Positions 7,382 to 15,997 of a stretch of 46,555 bases of DNA are shown one piece after another. The stretch's first letter is position 1. Each line of letters starts with the position of its first letter. The position numbers were made by a program, and so were the translations under genes. This DNA is from a bacterium (GTDB lineage: Bacteria > Patescibacteriota > Minisyncoccia > Phycocordibacterales > UBA2100): contig JAYPJF010000003.1 of assembly GCA_038128225.1 (NCBI GenBank), positions 1 through 46,555 on the forward strand. Direction: 5' to 3'. The notes beneath the pieces were generated by a model. The model had not been told where the DNA came from. It saw nothing but the letters and a program-made list of their open reading frames with translations, and searched no databases.

Positions 7382-9226
7382 ATGGAGAGTGGCCGTCTGT
7401 ATTTTGAAAAAATGGCTTTTGCTTTGAGTACACTACTTATCAGTACGCTCGCTATTTCACCCCTCCTCTCTTTTTTTACTGGTGCGCCAATCATGACTCT
7501 TTTTTTTAGTATGGCCCTGCTTGGTCTTGTGCTACTCATGGTGGCAAATAGAGCGCATATGGCGCCCGCCTTGTCGATACATTTTTATGTCGCACTTGGG
7601 ATCTTAATCGGGTTGATTGTGTGGTGGTCGGTGCAGTATTCATGGGTGTTTGCGTTGTTTGGCGATAGTTTCTCCATAGACGGCGGAGCAGCACTACTGA
7701 TGTGTTTGGGATTTTTTATTGTGGCGCATATAGGAAAACCTACAGTCGCATTGCGAGCGGGCGCACAAGGCCTCCTCACAGGATGCGCGCTTTTAGCGGC
7801 AGGCACTGCACTGGTTCTGTTTTTCGGGGAAGATGCATCATATACGCTATCGCACGTATTTATTATCAGTGTGGGCGGAATGATTTCTTCCATACTATTA
7901 ATCGGACTCGGCGGAACAATACGCATGCTAAGTATAATTTGCCTCGGCAGTACCGTACTGTTTGCAGCGCTGTCACAGGAAGAAATCGTGCTTGGAGCAG
8001 TTGTTGTATCGCTCATTACCGCGTTATCACTTGATGCTGTATGGGCGCGAGCTCACCGTGCGGAGCGTCGGGTGTCGTCCTTTGTAAACAGTATTGCGGC
8101 ACTGGCACTCGTCGTGTGTGCAGGAAGTTTCTTTATCGGTGGTCAGCACGATGCGCGTATTTCCGATATGCGTCCTTCGTTGATTTCATCACTCCAAACG
8201 CTTTCGAGTGAAAGCAATCAGAATCCCGCCGTTCTCTTTTTGGGAGCTGGCCCCACAGCGTTTACTCGGCTTTGGGATTACAATCGCGTGGGTGCGGCGA
8301 ACGCTGTGGAGCAGTGGAACTCTGAAGTGCCTGTAGGTTTTAACAATTTCGTAACACTCACGGCCACCATTGGACTTCCGTTGGTCATCGGTATTCTTCT
8401 TGCTGGCGCACTTTTGATTGCGACACCGCTCTCTTTTTTGATAACACGCACAGCTATACCACGTGAGCATTTTTTTTATGCGCTCTGCTTTCTTTTTACA
8501 GGCGTATATATGTACGCGTCTATGTTTGTATACGCATTCGATTTTTATGTCGTTGCGCTTGCGAGTTTGATTATAGGGTTTGCGGCGCGCTTTCAGACAC
8601 AAAAAGGTTTTCAGCATGTATATCAGCGGGCAATCGTGGGAGGCATCGCCATGCTATTTCTTTCCTTTGGGGCACTCGGTGTGTATACGACTGTTTTGCA
8701 CGAGAAAGGAGTGAACCTGATCAGCGAAAACCCGCACAATACCGGGCGCGCGATCAGCGTACTCTACGCTGCGCATCGCGCGCTTCCCCTTCCAATATTT
8801 TCTCGCACGATAGCCGCCTCACATGAAAAGAACGCTGATGCGCTGATGCATGACTCATTTATAGATCCGGAGAACGGCAAGAAACAGGCGCTCACCGAAC
8901 TTGATTTAGCTATCTCGTATGCAAATGAAGCGGTTAAGTATGGCCCTGTATCGCATCAAAATTATATTGCAGTTGCGCACGCAACGTTACTGAGCGCATT
9001 ATTGAGTGGGGACACAAGCGCTTTTGATGAGGCGGTGATTTATTACCAGTACGCACGTGCATACGCGAAGCGACACCCGTTTCCAGCGTTTTTGGAAGGG
9101 CAGGCACACTTTCTCGCGGGGGATATGCACACAGCAGAAGAAGTACTTATCGAAGCGATTCGGTTGCGACCACAGTATACTGAGGCGCAGGCGCTCCTCA
9201 AAAAAGCTCAGGCACAAGCTCCATGA
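7382..9226 (+). CDS. Polytopic membrane protein, O-antigen-ligase (Wzy_C)-like, with C-terminal TPR-like repeats
   Basis: Many TM helices; loop LFLGAGPTAF...WN...GFNN..TLTATIGL; C-terminal AIRLRPQYTEAQ TPR-type helices. Confidence 0.65.
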   Translation: MESGRLYFEKMAFALSTLLISTLAISPLLSFFTGAPIMTLFFSMALLGLVLLMVANRAHMAPALSIHFYVALGILIGLIVWWSVQYSWVFALFGDSFSIDGGAALLMCLGFFIVAHIGKPTVALRAGAQGLLTGCALLAAGTALVLFFGEDASYTLSHVFIISVGGMISSILLIGLGGTIRMLSIICLGSTVLFAALSQEEIVLGAVVVSLITALSLDAVWARAHRAERRVSSFVNSIAALALVVCAGSFFIGGQHDARISDMRPSLISSLQTLSSESNQNPAVLFLGAGPTAFTRLWDYNRVGAANAVEQWNSEVPVGFNNFVTLTATIGLPLVIGILLAGALLIATPLSFLITRTAIPREHFFYALCFLFTGVYMYASMFVYAFDFYVVALASLIIGFAARFQTQKGFQHVYQRAIVGGIAMLFLSFGALGVYTTVLHEKGVNLISENPHNTGRAISVLYAAHRALPLPIFSRTIAASHEKNADALMHDSFIDPENGKKQALTELDLAISYANEAVKYGPVSHQNYIAVAHATLLSALLSGDTSAFDEAVIYYQYARAYAKRHPFPAFLEGQAHFLAGDMHTAEEVLIEAIRLRPQYTEAQALLKKAQAQAP

Positions 9227-9253
9227 CGTGTCGTGGTCGTGTACAATACCACC

Positions 9254-10327
9254 ATGTCGTTCATACGCTTCTTGTCATACCACAACGCGATACCTGTCGG
9301 GTTTTCTTTACTCGTTCTTTCGTTTGGGTCGGCATTTGCGGCAAGCGAAGAAGTCCGAGATTCGGTTTTTTCGCAAGAGCAAATCGTGGTTTCGGTAGAC
9401 AATACATACATAGCCACGAAAGACTTATCACAGTACACGCCGCGGGTATCGATAGTGCAGGTGACTGAAGACGAAAGCTCCTACTACGTATCGTATGATC
9501 TGATGACTATCGATCTTACCGATTATGTGTGGCAAGATGTGACAAAAAAATCCCAGATGCGCGTTGACAAGGCGCTACTAGGGAACTCGGTTGATTTGGG
9601 TGTGTATGTTACCGAGCAGCTTGCGCAGATCATTGACCATGAGATCGTATATCTCAGAGAAGTGCAGGAAATTGAAAAAAGACAGGTCTCGCAAAAAGCT
9701 ATCGCAACCGAATATGGGGGTCTTGTAGGAAAGTTTCTCGACAATACGACCGAGGTACTCCCCGGGTATACTCCAGTCATCGTTGCGCCTGTTGCGCTTG
9801 ATACAACACAAGTTGCGTCGGCAGCAGCGTCTACACAAACGCAAGGCCAGACTGGTAGCGTATCCTCAGGCGATTCAAACGACTCCGAACCACCAACTAT
9901 TCAGATTCTCGGTAATACTCCCGCGCGCGTTCCGCTTGGAGCCTCATACGCAGATTTGGGTGTTGCTGTTACCGACAATCGAGATTTAAATCCAAGGGTG
10001 ACAGTATTTGTTGATGGAAAAGAAGTTTCGTATGTTTCTCTTGATACCGCAAGTGTGAAGGACTGGGTTATTCGTTATGAGGTGACCGACCAAGCGGGAA
10101 ACATGGCATACATCGAGCGAATCGTTGAAGTATTTGATCCGAATCCGCGTATAGAACCTGCAGACAATGCCGCAGGAACAAGTACCGAGTCGACCGAAGT
10201 TACTGAAACGGAAATTCCTGTAAACGAAGCCTCCGCTCTTGCGACGTCGACTCCGGAGGCGACGCCACTTGTTGTACCTGAAAACACCGAAGCCGCCACA
10301 ACGCAAGGCACTAGTACGCCAGAATAG
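9254..10327 (+). CDS. Exported protein with DUF5011/Ig-like domain and acidic Thr-rich tail
   Basis: Signal ending AFA; PPTIQILG..P..V..G..YADLG...TDNRD...YEVTDQAGN; TACAAT 6 nt before ATG 9254. Confidence 0.75.
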   Translation: MSFIRFLSYHNAIPVGFSLLVLSFGSAFAASEEVRDSVFSQEQIVVSVDNTYIATKDLSQYTPRVSIVQVTEDESSYYVSYDLMTIDLTDYVWQDVTKKSQMRVDKALLGNSVDLGVYVTEQLAQIIDHEIVYLREVQEIEKRQVSQKAIATEYGGLVGKFLDNTTEVLPGYTPVIVAPVALDTTQVASAAASTQTQGQTGSVSSGDSNDSEPPTIQILGNTPARVPLGASYADLGVAVTDNRDLNPRVTVFVDGKEVSYVSLDTASVKDWVIRYEVTDQAGNMAYIERIVEVFDPNPRIEPADNAAGTSTESTEVTETEIPVNEASALATSTPEATPLVVPENTEAATTQGTSTPE

Positions 10328-10344
10328 CATGAGTATACTGAGGC

Positions 10345-11373
10345 GTGCCTCGAATAATTTACATAGCCATCGCGGGTGCACTGCTGGCTGGTTTTGCTGT
10401 GTACGCATATACGCCTGAAGTAAAAGTGCCTCTACCGCACGAAGATCCAGGTGCATTTCGCGCATATTGGGAAAAAGAGACAGAAAGAATAGGATTTAAA
10501 GTCGCGTTTGAACGACTCAAAAAAGAATACCAGACTGAAACGCCTAGCGATCAGCATTTTGCCGTGCATATTTTTGGTGAAATTATTTACGAGCGTTTTG
10601 GTATTAATGGAATCAATCAGTGTGATCCCGTGTACGGGTTTGGGTGTCACCATGGATTTCTTGCGCGTATTGTGGCGGAAGAAGGAGTTTCAGTAATACG
10701 GAAGCTCGATGATGCTTGTATACAGGTTTTTGGCTCACCACTTGCAACGGGTTGCCAGCATGGCATTGGGCATGGCGCGCTCGACCTTGCCCAATGGGAC
10801 GTACTCCGAGCGCTCGAGTTATGCTCAAACACGACGGAGATCGTACCAATTTTGGGGTGCATGTCAGGTGTATTTATGGAGTACTTCAATCCACAAAATA
10901 CGGGGATACCGGGTGTTAACGCACCGGAATCTCCGCCGTTTGACCAAAATCAGCCGTTCGACATTTGTTTGACCATGAGTGAAAAACACCGACGTTCTTG
11001 TTATTTTGAAATGCCGGTGTGGTGGTTGGGGCGTACAGAGCATGATTTTCTTGCTGCAGGATCATTGTGCGAACGTGCGCCAGACGATGTGGCAAAAGAG
11101 TACTGCTACCTGGGATTTGGCAACATCGCAGGGCCGATGAAAAACTTTTTGAAGGAAGACTCGCTTGCAATTTGTGATCAAATGCCGTCCCGTGATGGAC
11201 GTGTGTTATGCACCGCAGGAGTGTATTGGAGCTTCATTGCTGATGAAAAATACGCGCAAGACGCTGATGGTATTTGCGAACGTCTTCAGGGTGATGATGT
11301 GACAATCTGCAAACAGAAAGGAAACATCACGTGCTCGTATGAAGGGACGTGCGACCGGAATTACAATTTGTAG
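10345..11373 (+). CDS. Membrane-anchored His/Cys-rich helical protein (paralogue C)
   Basis: HFAVH, GCHHG, CQHGIGHG, CMSGVFME; TATACT 5 nt before GTG. Confidence 0.75.
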   Translation: MPRIIYIAIAGALLAGFAVYAYTPEVKVPLPHEDPGAFRAYWEKETERIGFKVAFERLKKEYQTETPSDQHFAVHIFGEIIYERFGINGINQCDPVYGFGCHHGFLARIVAEEGVSVIRKLDDACIQVFGSPLATGCQHGIGHGALDLAQWDVLRALELCSNTTEIVPILGCMSGVFMEYFNPQNTGIPGVNAPESPPFDQNQPFDICLTMSEKHRRSCYFEMPVWWLGRTEHDFLAAGSLCERAPDDVAKEYCYLGFGNIAGPMKNFLKEDSLAICDQMPSRDGRVLCTAGVYWSFIADEKYAQDADGICERLQGDDVTICKQKGNITCSYEGTCDRNYNL

Positions 11374-11375
11374 GT

Positions 11376-12629
11376 ATGATTACTCCTGCGACGACACGAA
11401 CAACACTGTTTCTGTGTGCCGCGGCGCTCGTGTTCATTAGTCCTGTTTTTTTGTATCAGTATGCGGGACAAGTACGAGACATGTACAACGCGTATCAAAC
11501 GGGGCACACACTACAGGAGCTTGCACAGAAAGCCGTTGCGCAATGTTCTGGTGAAGTATACAAACCTGCGTGTTACGACGAAGTGCTCCCCGCATTCATG
11601 GATACAGGGCTTTCCATGGAAGATGCGTTTCGTGTGACTCGCTATGTGCAGCAACTTGATCCTTCGTATTGGTATTGTCATGTGCTCGGCCATCGCCTCA
11701 GCGAACGAGAGACGGCAAAAGATCCTCAGCAATGGGTGGGTGTTATCGGCCGTTGTCCGTCAGGAGTGTGCTCAAACGGCTGTATACACGGCGCGTTTCA
11801 GGAACGGTTTAGAAAAAGTGAAATGACGCCCGAAGAGGCGTATGCGCTTATCCCTGAATTACAGCACGTATGCGAAAGCAGCGCGACAAAAACCTTTACC
11901 GGACTGGAACAAGGCAGTTGCTACCATGCGTTAGGTCACCTCACGATGTATATGACAGGAGCAGACGTATCACACGCGCTCAGGATGTGTGAGGAACTTG
12001 CGTACAAGGATGATGGGCGCGATTTTCGACGATTATGCTATGACGGTCTTTTTATGCAGATATATCAGCCGCTTGAACCAGAGGATTTTGGATTAGTGGC
12101 GAATATTGCACCTAAAACACAGATGGCAGCAAAAGCGTTTTGTGATACATATTCTGGCGAAGTTCGTAGTTCGTGTCGAAGCGAGTCTTGGCCATTGTTT
12201 GATGCAGAAATTCACACACCAGAAGGACTAGTGTCGTTTTGTGATAAAGAAACAAACGTGGATTCGCGGCGCACATGTTATTCGGGCCTTATGTATGTGA
12301 TCACGCCAAGTTTTGATTTTGACGCCCGCAAAGTTGCGGCATTTTGTGAGGCGCTTCCGGAGCGTGTGCAAGGGTTGTGTTTTGGAAACGCAGCGTCGCG
12401 TACCATCGAAACAGACTATGTTCTTGCCGATAAAGCGGTTGCCATCTGCGAAAGCGCTGGTGACATGAGGGAGCGGTGTTTTGAAGAATTACTATTCTAC
12501 TCGAACTACAATTTTCATCGAGATTCACTCGAGCAACAAACATTTTGCTACGCGCTCCCGATTCCGTGGGCAGTGCGGTGTGGTGAGAAAGAGGGTGAAC
12601 AGACACTGCATCCGCAAGATGCTGTATAA
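11376..12629 (+). CDS. Membrane-anchored His/Cys-rich helical protein (paralogue D)
   Basis: CHVLGH, GCIHG, CYHALGH, CYDGLFMQ; ATG 11376 just after the upstream stop. Confidence 0.75.
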   Translation: MITPATTRTTLFLCAAALVFISPVFLYQYAGQVRDMYNAYQTGHTLQELAQKAVAQCSGEVYKPACYDEVLPAFMDTGLSMEDAFRVTRYVQQLDPSYWYCHVLGHRLSERETAKDPQQWVGVIGRCPSGVCSNGCIHGAFQERFRKSEMTPEEAYALIPELQHVCESSATKTFTGLEQGSCYHALGHLTMYMTGADVSHALRMCEELAYKDDGRDFRRLCYDGLFMQIYQPLEPEDFGLVANIAPKTQMAAKAFCDTYSGEVRSSCRSESWPLFDAEIHTPEGLVSFCDKETNVDSRRTCYSGLMYVITPSFDFDARKVAAFCEALPERVQGLCFGNAASRTIETDYVLADKAVAICESAGDMRERCFEELLFYSNYNFHRDSLEQQTFCYALPIPWAVRCGEKEGEQTLHPQDAV

Positions 12630-12656
12630 GCTGGAGAGTGTGGTACCCTGGCTTTC

Positions 12657-13016
12657 ATGCGATGGATGTATGGGGTTGTGGCGGTAAGTATAGTGGCCGC
12701 GGGGTTTGTTTTTTTTCTACGTGCGCCAACTTCTCCTCAACAGACGGTTATTATTACCCTAACAGGCTCTGGGTATGAGCCGGCAGAAGTTTTAATTGCG
12801 CAAGGAACACAAGTTATATTTAGAACTACTGAGCCGCGCATGTTTTGGCCGGCTTCAAACCTCCACCCATCACATGGGATCTATCCAGAGTTTGATCCTA
12901 AACGACCACTCGAACCATCAGAAACCTGGGCATTTGTTTTTGATACTGTAGGGGAGTGGCGTTTCCATGACCACCTTGCTCCGTATTACACAGGAACTAT
13001 TACCGTAACTAAGTAA
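12657..13016 (+). CDS. Cupredoxin/plastocyanin-fold protein with atypical ligands
   Basis: G(Y)EPAEVLIAQGTQVIF, FVFDTVGEWRFHDHL...TGTITV cupredoxin strand pattern; no Cys in the sequence. Confidence 0.75.
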   Translation: MRWMYGVVAVSIVAAGFVFFLRAPTSPQQTVIITLTGSGYEPAEVLIAQGTQVIFRTTEPRMFWPASNLHPSHGIYPEFDPKRPLEPSETWAFVFDTVGEWRFHDHLAPYYTGTITVTK

Positions 13017-13018
13017 TC

Positions 13019-13525
13019 ATGACCTGTAAACAAACATTTCTGTTTTTTATCTGCGCAACTTTGATCCCGTTGAGTGTTTCTGCGCACAGTAACACAACTT
13101 CAATTGAAGTTCCGGTGGGCGAGCGCATCGTAGATATCGGGTACAACCGTACTTTTGAGGCAGGGGTTCCGATCCTACTTGATCTTGGTATAAAAAATGC
13201 AGACCAAACTACAATACCGTTTACCGATACCTGGGTTCGTGTGTCTCATCACGACCAAACCATGTTTTCTGCGCCGATTTTTAATGGGGCTTTGGGAGGC
13301 GCGAGAGTCACGTATGTATTTCCGCAGGCCGGAACGTATACGGCAACGGTGCGTTTTTACAACGACGGGAAAGAGATCGTTACCGCAGATGTACCTATTG
13401 ACGTTATTGCGGGAGAAACAAAGGGGCCTTTGTGGCCAATAGTGGTTGTAGGAGTTTCAATAATAAGTCTCGCGACTGGAGTAGGTATTGGATTGTTGGC
13501 ACGTAGGGCGCGCAAGAGAGCGTAG
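13019..13525 (+). CDS. Exported Ig-like (YtkA/FixH-like) protein with N-terminal His and C-terminal membrane anchor
   Basis: Signal SVSA|H; YVFPQAGTYTATVRF; C-terminal TM plus basic tail RRARKRA. Confidence 0.6.
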   Translation: MTCKQTFLFFICATLIPLSVSAHSNTTSIEVPVGERIVDIGYNRTFEAGVPILLDLGIKNADQTTIPFTDTWVRVSHHDQTMFSAPIFNGALGGARVTYVFPQAGTYTATVRFYNDGKEIVTADVPIDVIAGETKGPLWPIVVVGVSIISLATGVGIGLLARRARKRA

Positions 13526-13589
13526 TACTTTTCCCACCCAAACAAAGGAGGAGGTCTTTACTCAAAGCTCGATACGGTATACTTGGCAC

Positions 13590-14615
13590 ATGGTACGTGT
13601 CGCAATCAATGGGTTTGGAAGGATTGGGCGCGCGTTTGTTCGCACCATGTATACGCGTAAAGCGAACATGACATTGGTTGCGATTAACGATCTCGGTGAC
13701 GCGAAAACGCTCGCGTACTTGCTCAAATACGATTCAGTCTATGGGCGGGCTCCTTTTTCGGTGAACCACGAGGAGGATGCGTTGGTGATCGACGGTTTAC
13801 GAGTTCCTGTTTCGCATGAACTCGATCCGGCGAAACTTCCCTGGAAGGCGTACGCAGTTGACGTTGTGGTTGAATCGACAGGAGTGTTTACGAGTTATGA
13901 AAAAGCGAAAGCACATCTTGCTGCAGGAGCGAAACGGGTAGTCATTTCTGCCCCAGTTAAAGACGCCCCCGAAACCGCAGGGGTGCCAGGAGCAACTATT
14001 TTAATGGGAGTAAATAACGAGCGGGTCGGATCATACACAATTACATCAAACGCCTCGTGCACCACAAATGCCGCGAGCCCCCTTATTGGGATTCTTGATG
14101 AAACCGTTGGGATCGAGAAAGCGATTCTCAATACGGTGCATGCGTATACCGCGAGCCAATCAGTGGTTGATGGACCGTCCAAAAAAGAACGACGCGAAGG
14201 GCGTGCTGCAGCGCTTAATCTTGTTCCAGCGTCCACGGGTTCGGCGATTGCTGTTACGCAAGCGTACACGGCACTTCAGAATAAATTTGATGGGATTGCG
14301 GTTCGTGTTCCGGTTCCCGCAGGTTCTTTGGTTGATGTAACGTTTATTGCAAAGCGAGCCACTACGGTTGAAGAAGTTAATACAGCATTGATTCAGGCTG
14401 CGCGGAGCGATCGTTGGAAAAATATATTTGCTGTGACTGAGGAAGAGTTGGTGTCGACAGACATCGTTGGCGAACCGTATGGGTCTATTGCGCAATTGGA
14501 TATGACGCGAGTGGTCGGAGGAAATTTAGTAAAAGTACTTGCGTGGTATGACAACGAAATGGGGTACGCGCAGACGCTCGCGCAGCACGTTGCTGAAATC
14601 GGGAAAAGTCTATGA
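13590..14615 (+). CDS. gap: Type I glyceraldehyde-3-phosphate dehydrogenase
   Basis: VAINGFGRIGR, ESTG, SNASCTTN, WYDNE; start ATG 13590. Confidence 0.97.
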   Translation: MVRVAINGFGRIGRAFVRTMYTRKANMTLVAINDLGDAKTLAYLLKYDSVYGRAPFSVNHEEDALVIDGLRVPVSHELDPAKLPWKAYAVDVVVESTGVFTSYEKAKAHLAAGAKRVVISAPVKDAPETAGVPGATILMGVNNERVGSYTITSNASCTTNAASPLIGILDETVGIEKAILNTVHAYTASQSVVDGPSKKERREGRAAALNLVPASTGSAIAVTQAYTALQNKFDGIAVRVPVPAGSLVDVTFIAKRATTVEEVNTALIQAARSDRWKNIFAVTEEELVSTDIVGEPYGSIAQLDMTRVVGGNLVKVLAWYDNEMGYAQTLAQHVAEIGKSL

Positions 14616-15070
14616 AAGTGTATCTTGCCGCAGATCATCGGGGCTTTAAACTTAAAGAACATCTTAAAGCATTCCTTGTTGGGCTCGGGTATGACGTGGC
14701 AGATGTGGGGGCGCATGAGTATGACCCCGCTGATGATTATCCGGATTTTGCATATCCTGCCGCTCGGTTTGTTGCCGCAGAAGAGGCGCGCGGCATTTTG
14801 CTCTGCGGCTCAGGTGCTGGTGTTCTCATTGTTGCGAATAAAGTTCCAGGAATTCGTGCTGCTGCAGGATTTAGCGAAAAAGAAGTAGTTGCTTCACGCG
14901 TAGACGATGATAGTAATGTACTTACGATTTCTGCAGATGAATGCTCAGTTGAAGAAACAGAGACATTCTCCCGCTTATTTTTGGAAACGCCGTTTTCAGG
15001 TGAAGAACGCCATGTTCGCCGTTTGAGCAAGCTTATCGATATCGAACGAGCGCATATGCGCGAACTATGA
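14612..15070 (+). CDS. rpiB: Ribose-5-phosphate isomerase B
   Basis: ADHRG, DYPD, LCGSGAG, ANKVPGIRA, RHVRR. Confidence 0.95.
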   Translation: MKVYLAADHRGFKLKEHLKAFLVGLGYDVADVGAHEYDPADDYPDFAYPAARFVAAEEARGILLCGSGAGVLIVANKVPGIRAAAGFSEKEVVASRVDDDSNVLTISADECSVEETETFSRLFLETPFSGEERHVRRLSKLIDIERAHMREL

Positions 15071-15759
15071 GAGTTATTCCCGCAGTAATGCCGCGCACGT
15101 GGGAAGACTTAGAAGAGAACCTACAGCGTGTCGCTTCGTTTGCCACAGAGGTGCAAATCGATATCGTTGATGGCGAATTCGATGATGATGTAACCTGGCC
15201 GTTTATTGAACGAGCGCAGTGGCCGGAAATGGAGCGCCTTGGCGAGGGTGGTCACCTGCCGCTCCGGGAGAGTATTGAACAGGAGGTTCACCTTATGGTG
15301 CGAGAACCCGAGCATCTGGGCATGCTGTTTCTTCAGGGTGGTGCACGACGTTTGATCGCGCATCTCGAGTCGTTTGATACCGAAAGTGACGCGCGTCGCA
15401 TTCTTGCGAAGTGGCGTGAAGCAGGAGCACAGGTTGGAATCGCACTTTTGCTTGATACAGAGCTTCCGGAAGTGTACTCGTTGGTGTCAGACGTTGACGT
15501 GGTGCAGCTTATGGGAATTGCAGAAATTGGCGCTCAAGGGCATATGTTCGATGAGCGTACACTTGCGCGTGTCCGTGATATACGCACACGATTTCCCCAT
15601 GCCAGTATAGCGGTTGACGGAGGCGTGAACCTAGAGACTGCGCCGAGTATTGTGAAGGCAGGCGCTGATCGCCTCGCAGTCGGGTCTGCAATTATGGGGG
15701 CAGAAGACCCACGTATTGTGTATGAACAACTTGCGTTACTCCAAGCACGCATTCTATAA
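15067..15759 (+). CDS. rpe: Ribulose-phosphate 3-epimerase
   Basis: QIDIVDGEF, EVHLMV, QLMG..G.QG, VDGGVN, VGSAI. Confidence 0.9.
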   Translation: MRVIPAVMPRTWEDLEENLQRVASFATEVQIDIVDGEFDDDVTWPFIERAQWPEMERLGEGGHLPLRESIEQEVHLMVREPEHLGMLFLQGGARRLIAHLESFDTESDARRILAKWREAGAQVGIALLLDTELPEVYSLVSDVDVVQLMGIAEIGAQGHMFDERTLARVRDIRTRFPHASIAVDGGVNLETAPSIVKAGADRLAVGSAIMGAEDPRIVYEQLALLQARIL

Positions 15760-15766
15760 TTTGCGC

Positions 15767-15997
15767 ATGGCTATCCAAAAGAGGTTTGTGAGCGATTGGC
15801 GACAAGGGGTACTTGGCTCACTCATGTTCACCTTTTTTTTGAGCGGGGCATGGTATACGAACGTACACGATGATGAGTCTCATACGATTACACTGCTGCA
15901 GAAACGCACAGCCGCCTTACTCTGGGAAGGAGCCTTGTTGCAGTGCAACCCGCGAAATAATGACTTGTTTGTGACGTGTGCAGGGTATCTGGATTAA
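15767..15997 (+). CDS. Small (76 aa) membrane-associated peptide ending C...FVTCAGYLD
   Basis: TATAAT 6 nt before ATG 15767; one hydrophobic segment; two C-terminal Cys. Confidence 0.55.
   Translation: MAIQKRFVSDWRQGVLGSLMFTFFLSGAWYTNVHDDESHTITLLQKRTAALLWEGALLQCNPRNNDLFVTCAGYLD

Noticed and set aside
4469-12629. Multiheme cytochrome c interpretation of the Cys/His-rich proteins
   Set aside because: Motifs are CxH and CxHxxGH, not CxxCH, and no cytochrome c maturation genes are in the window.
13440-13525. Sortase substrate signal
   Set aside because: TM and basic tail are present but there is no LPxTG-like motif.
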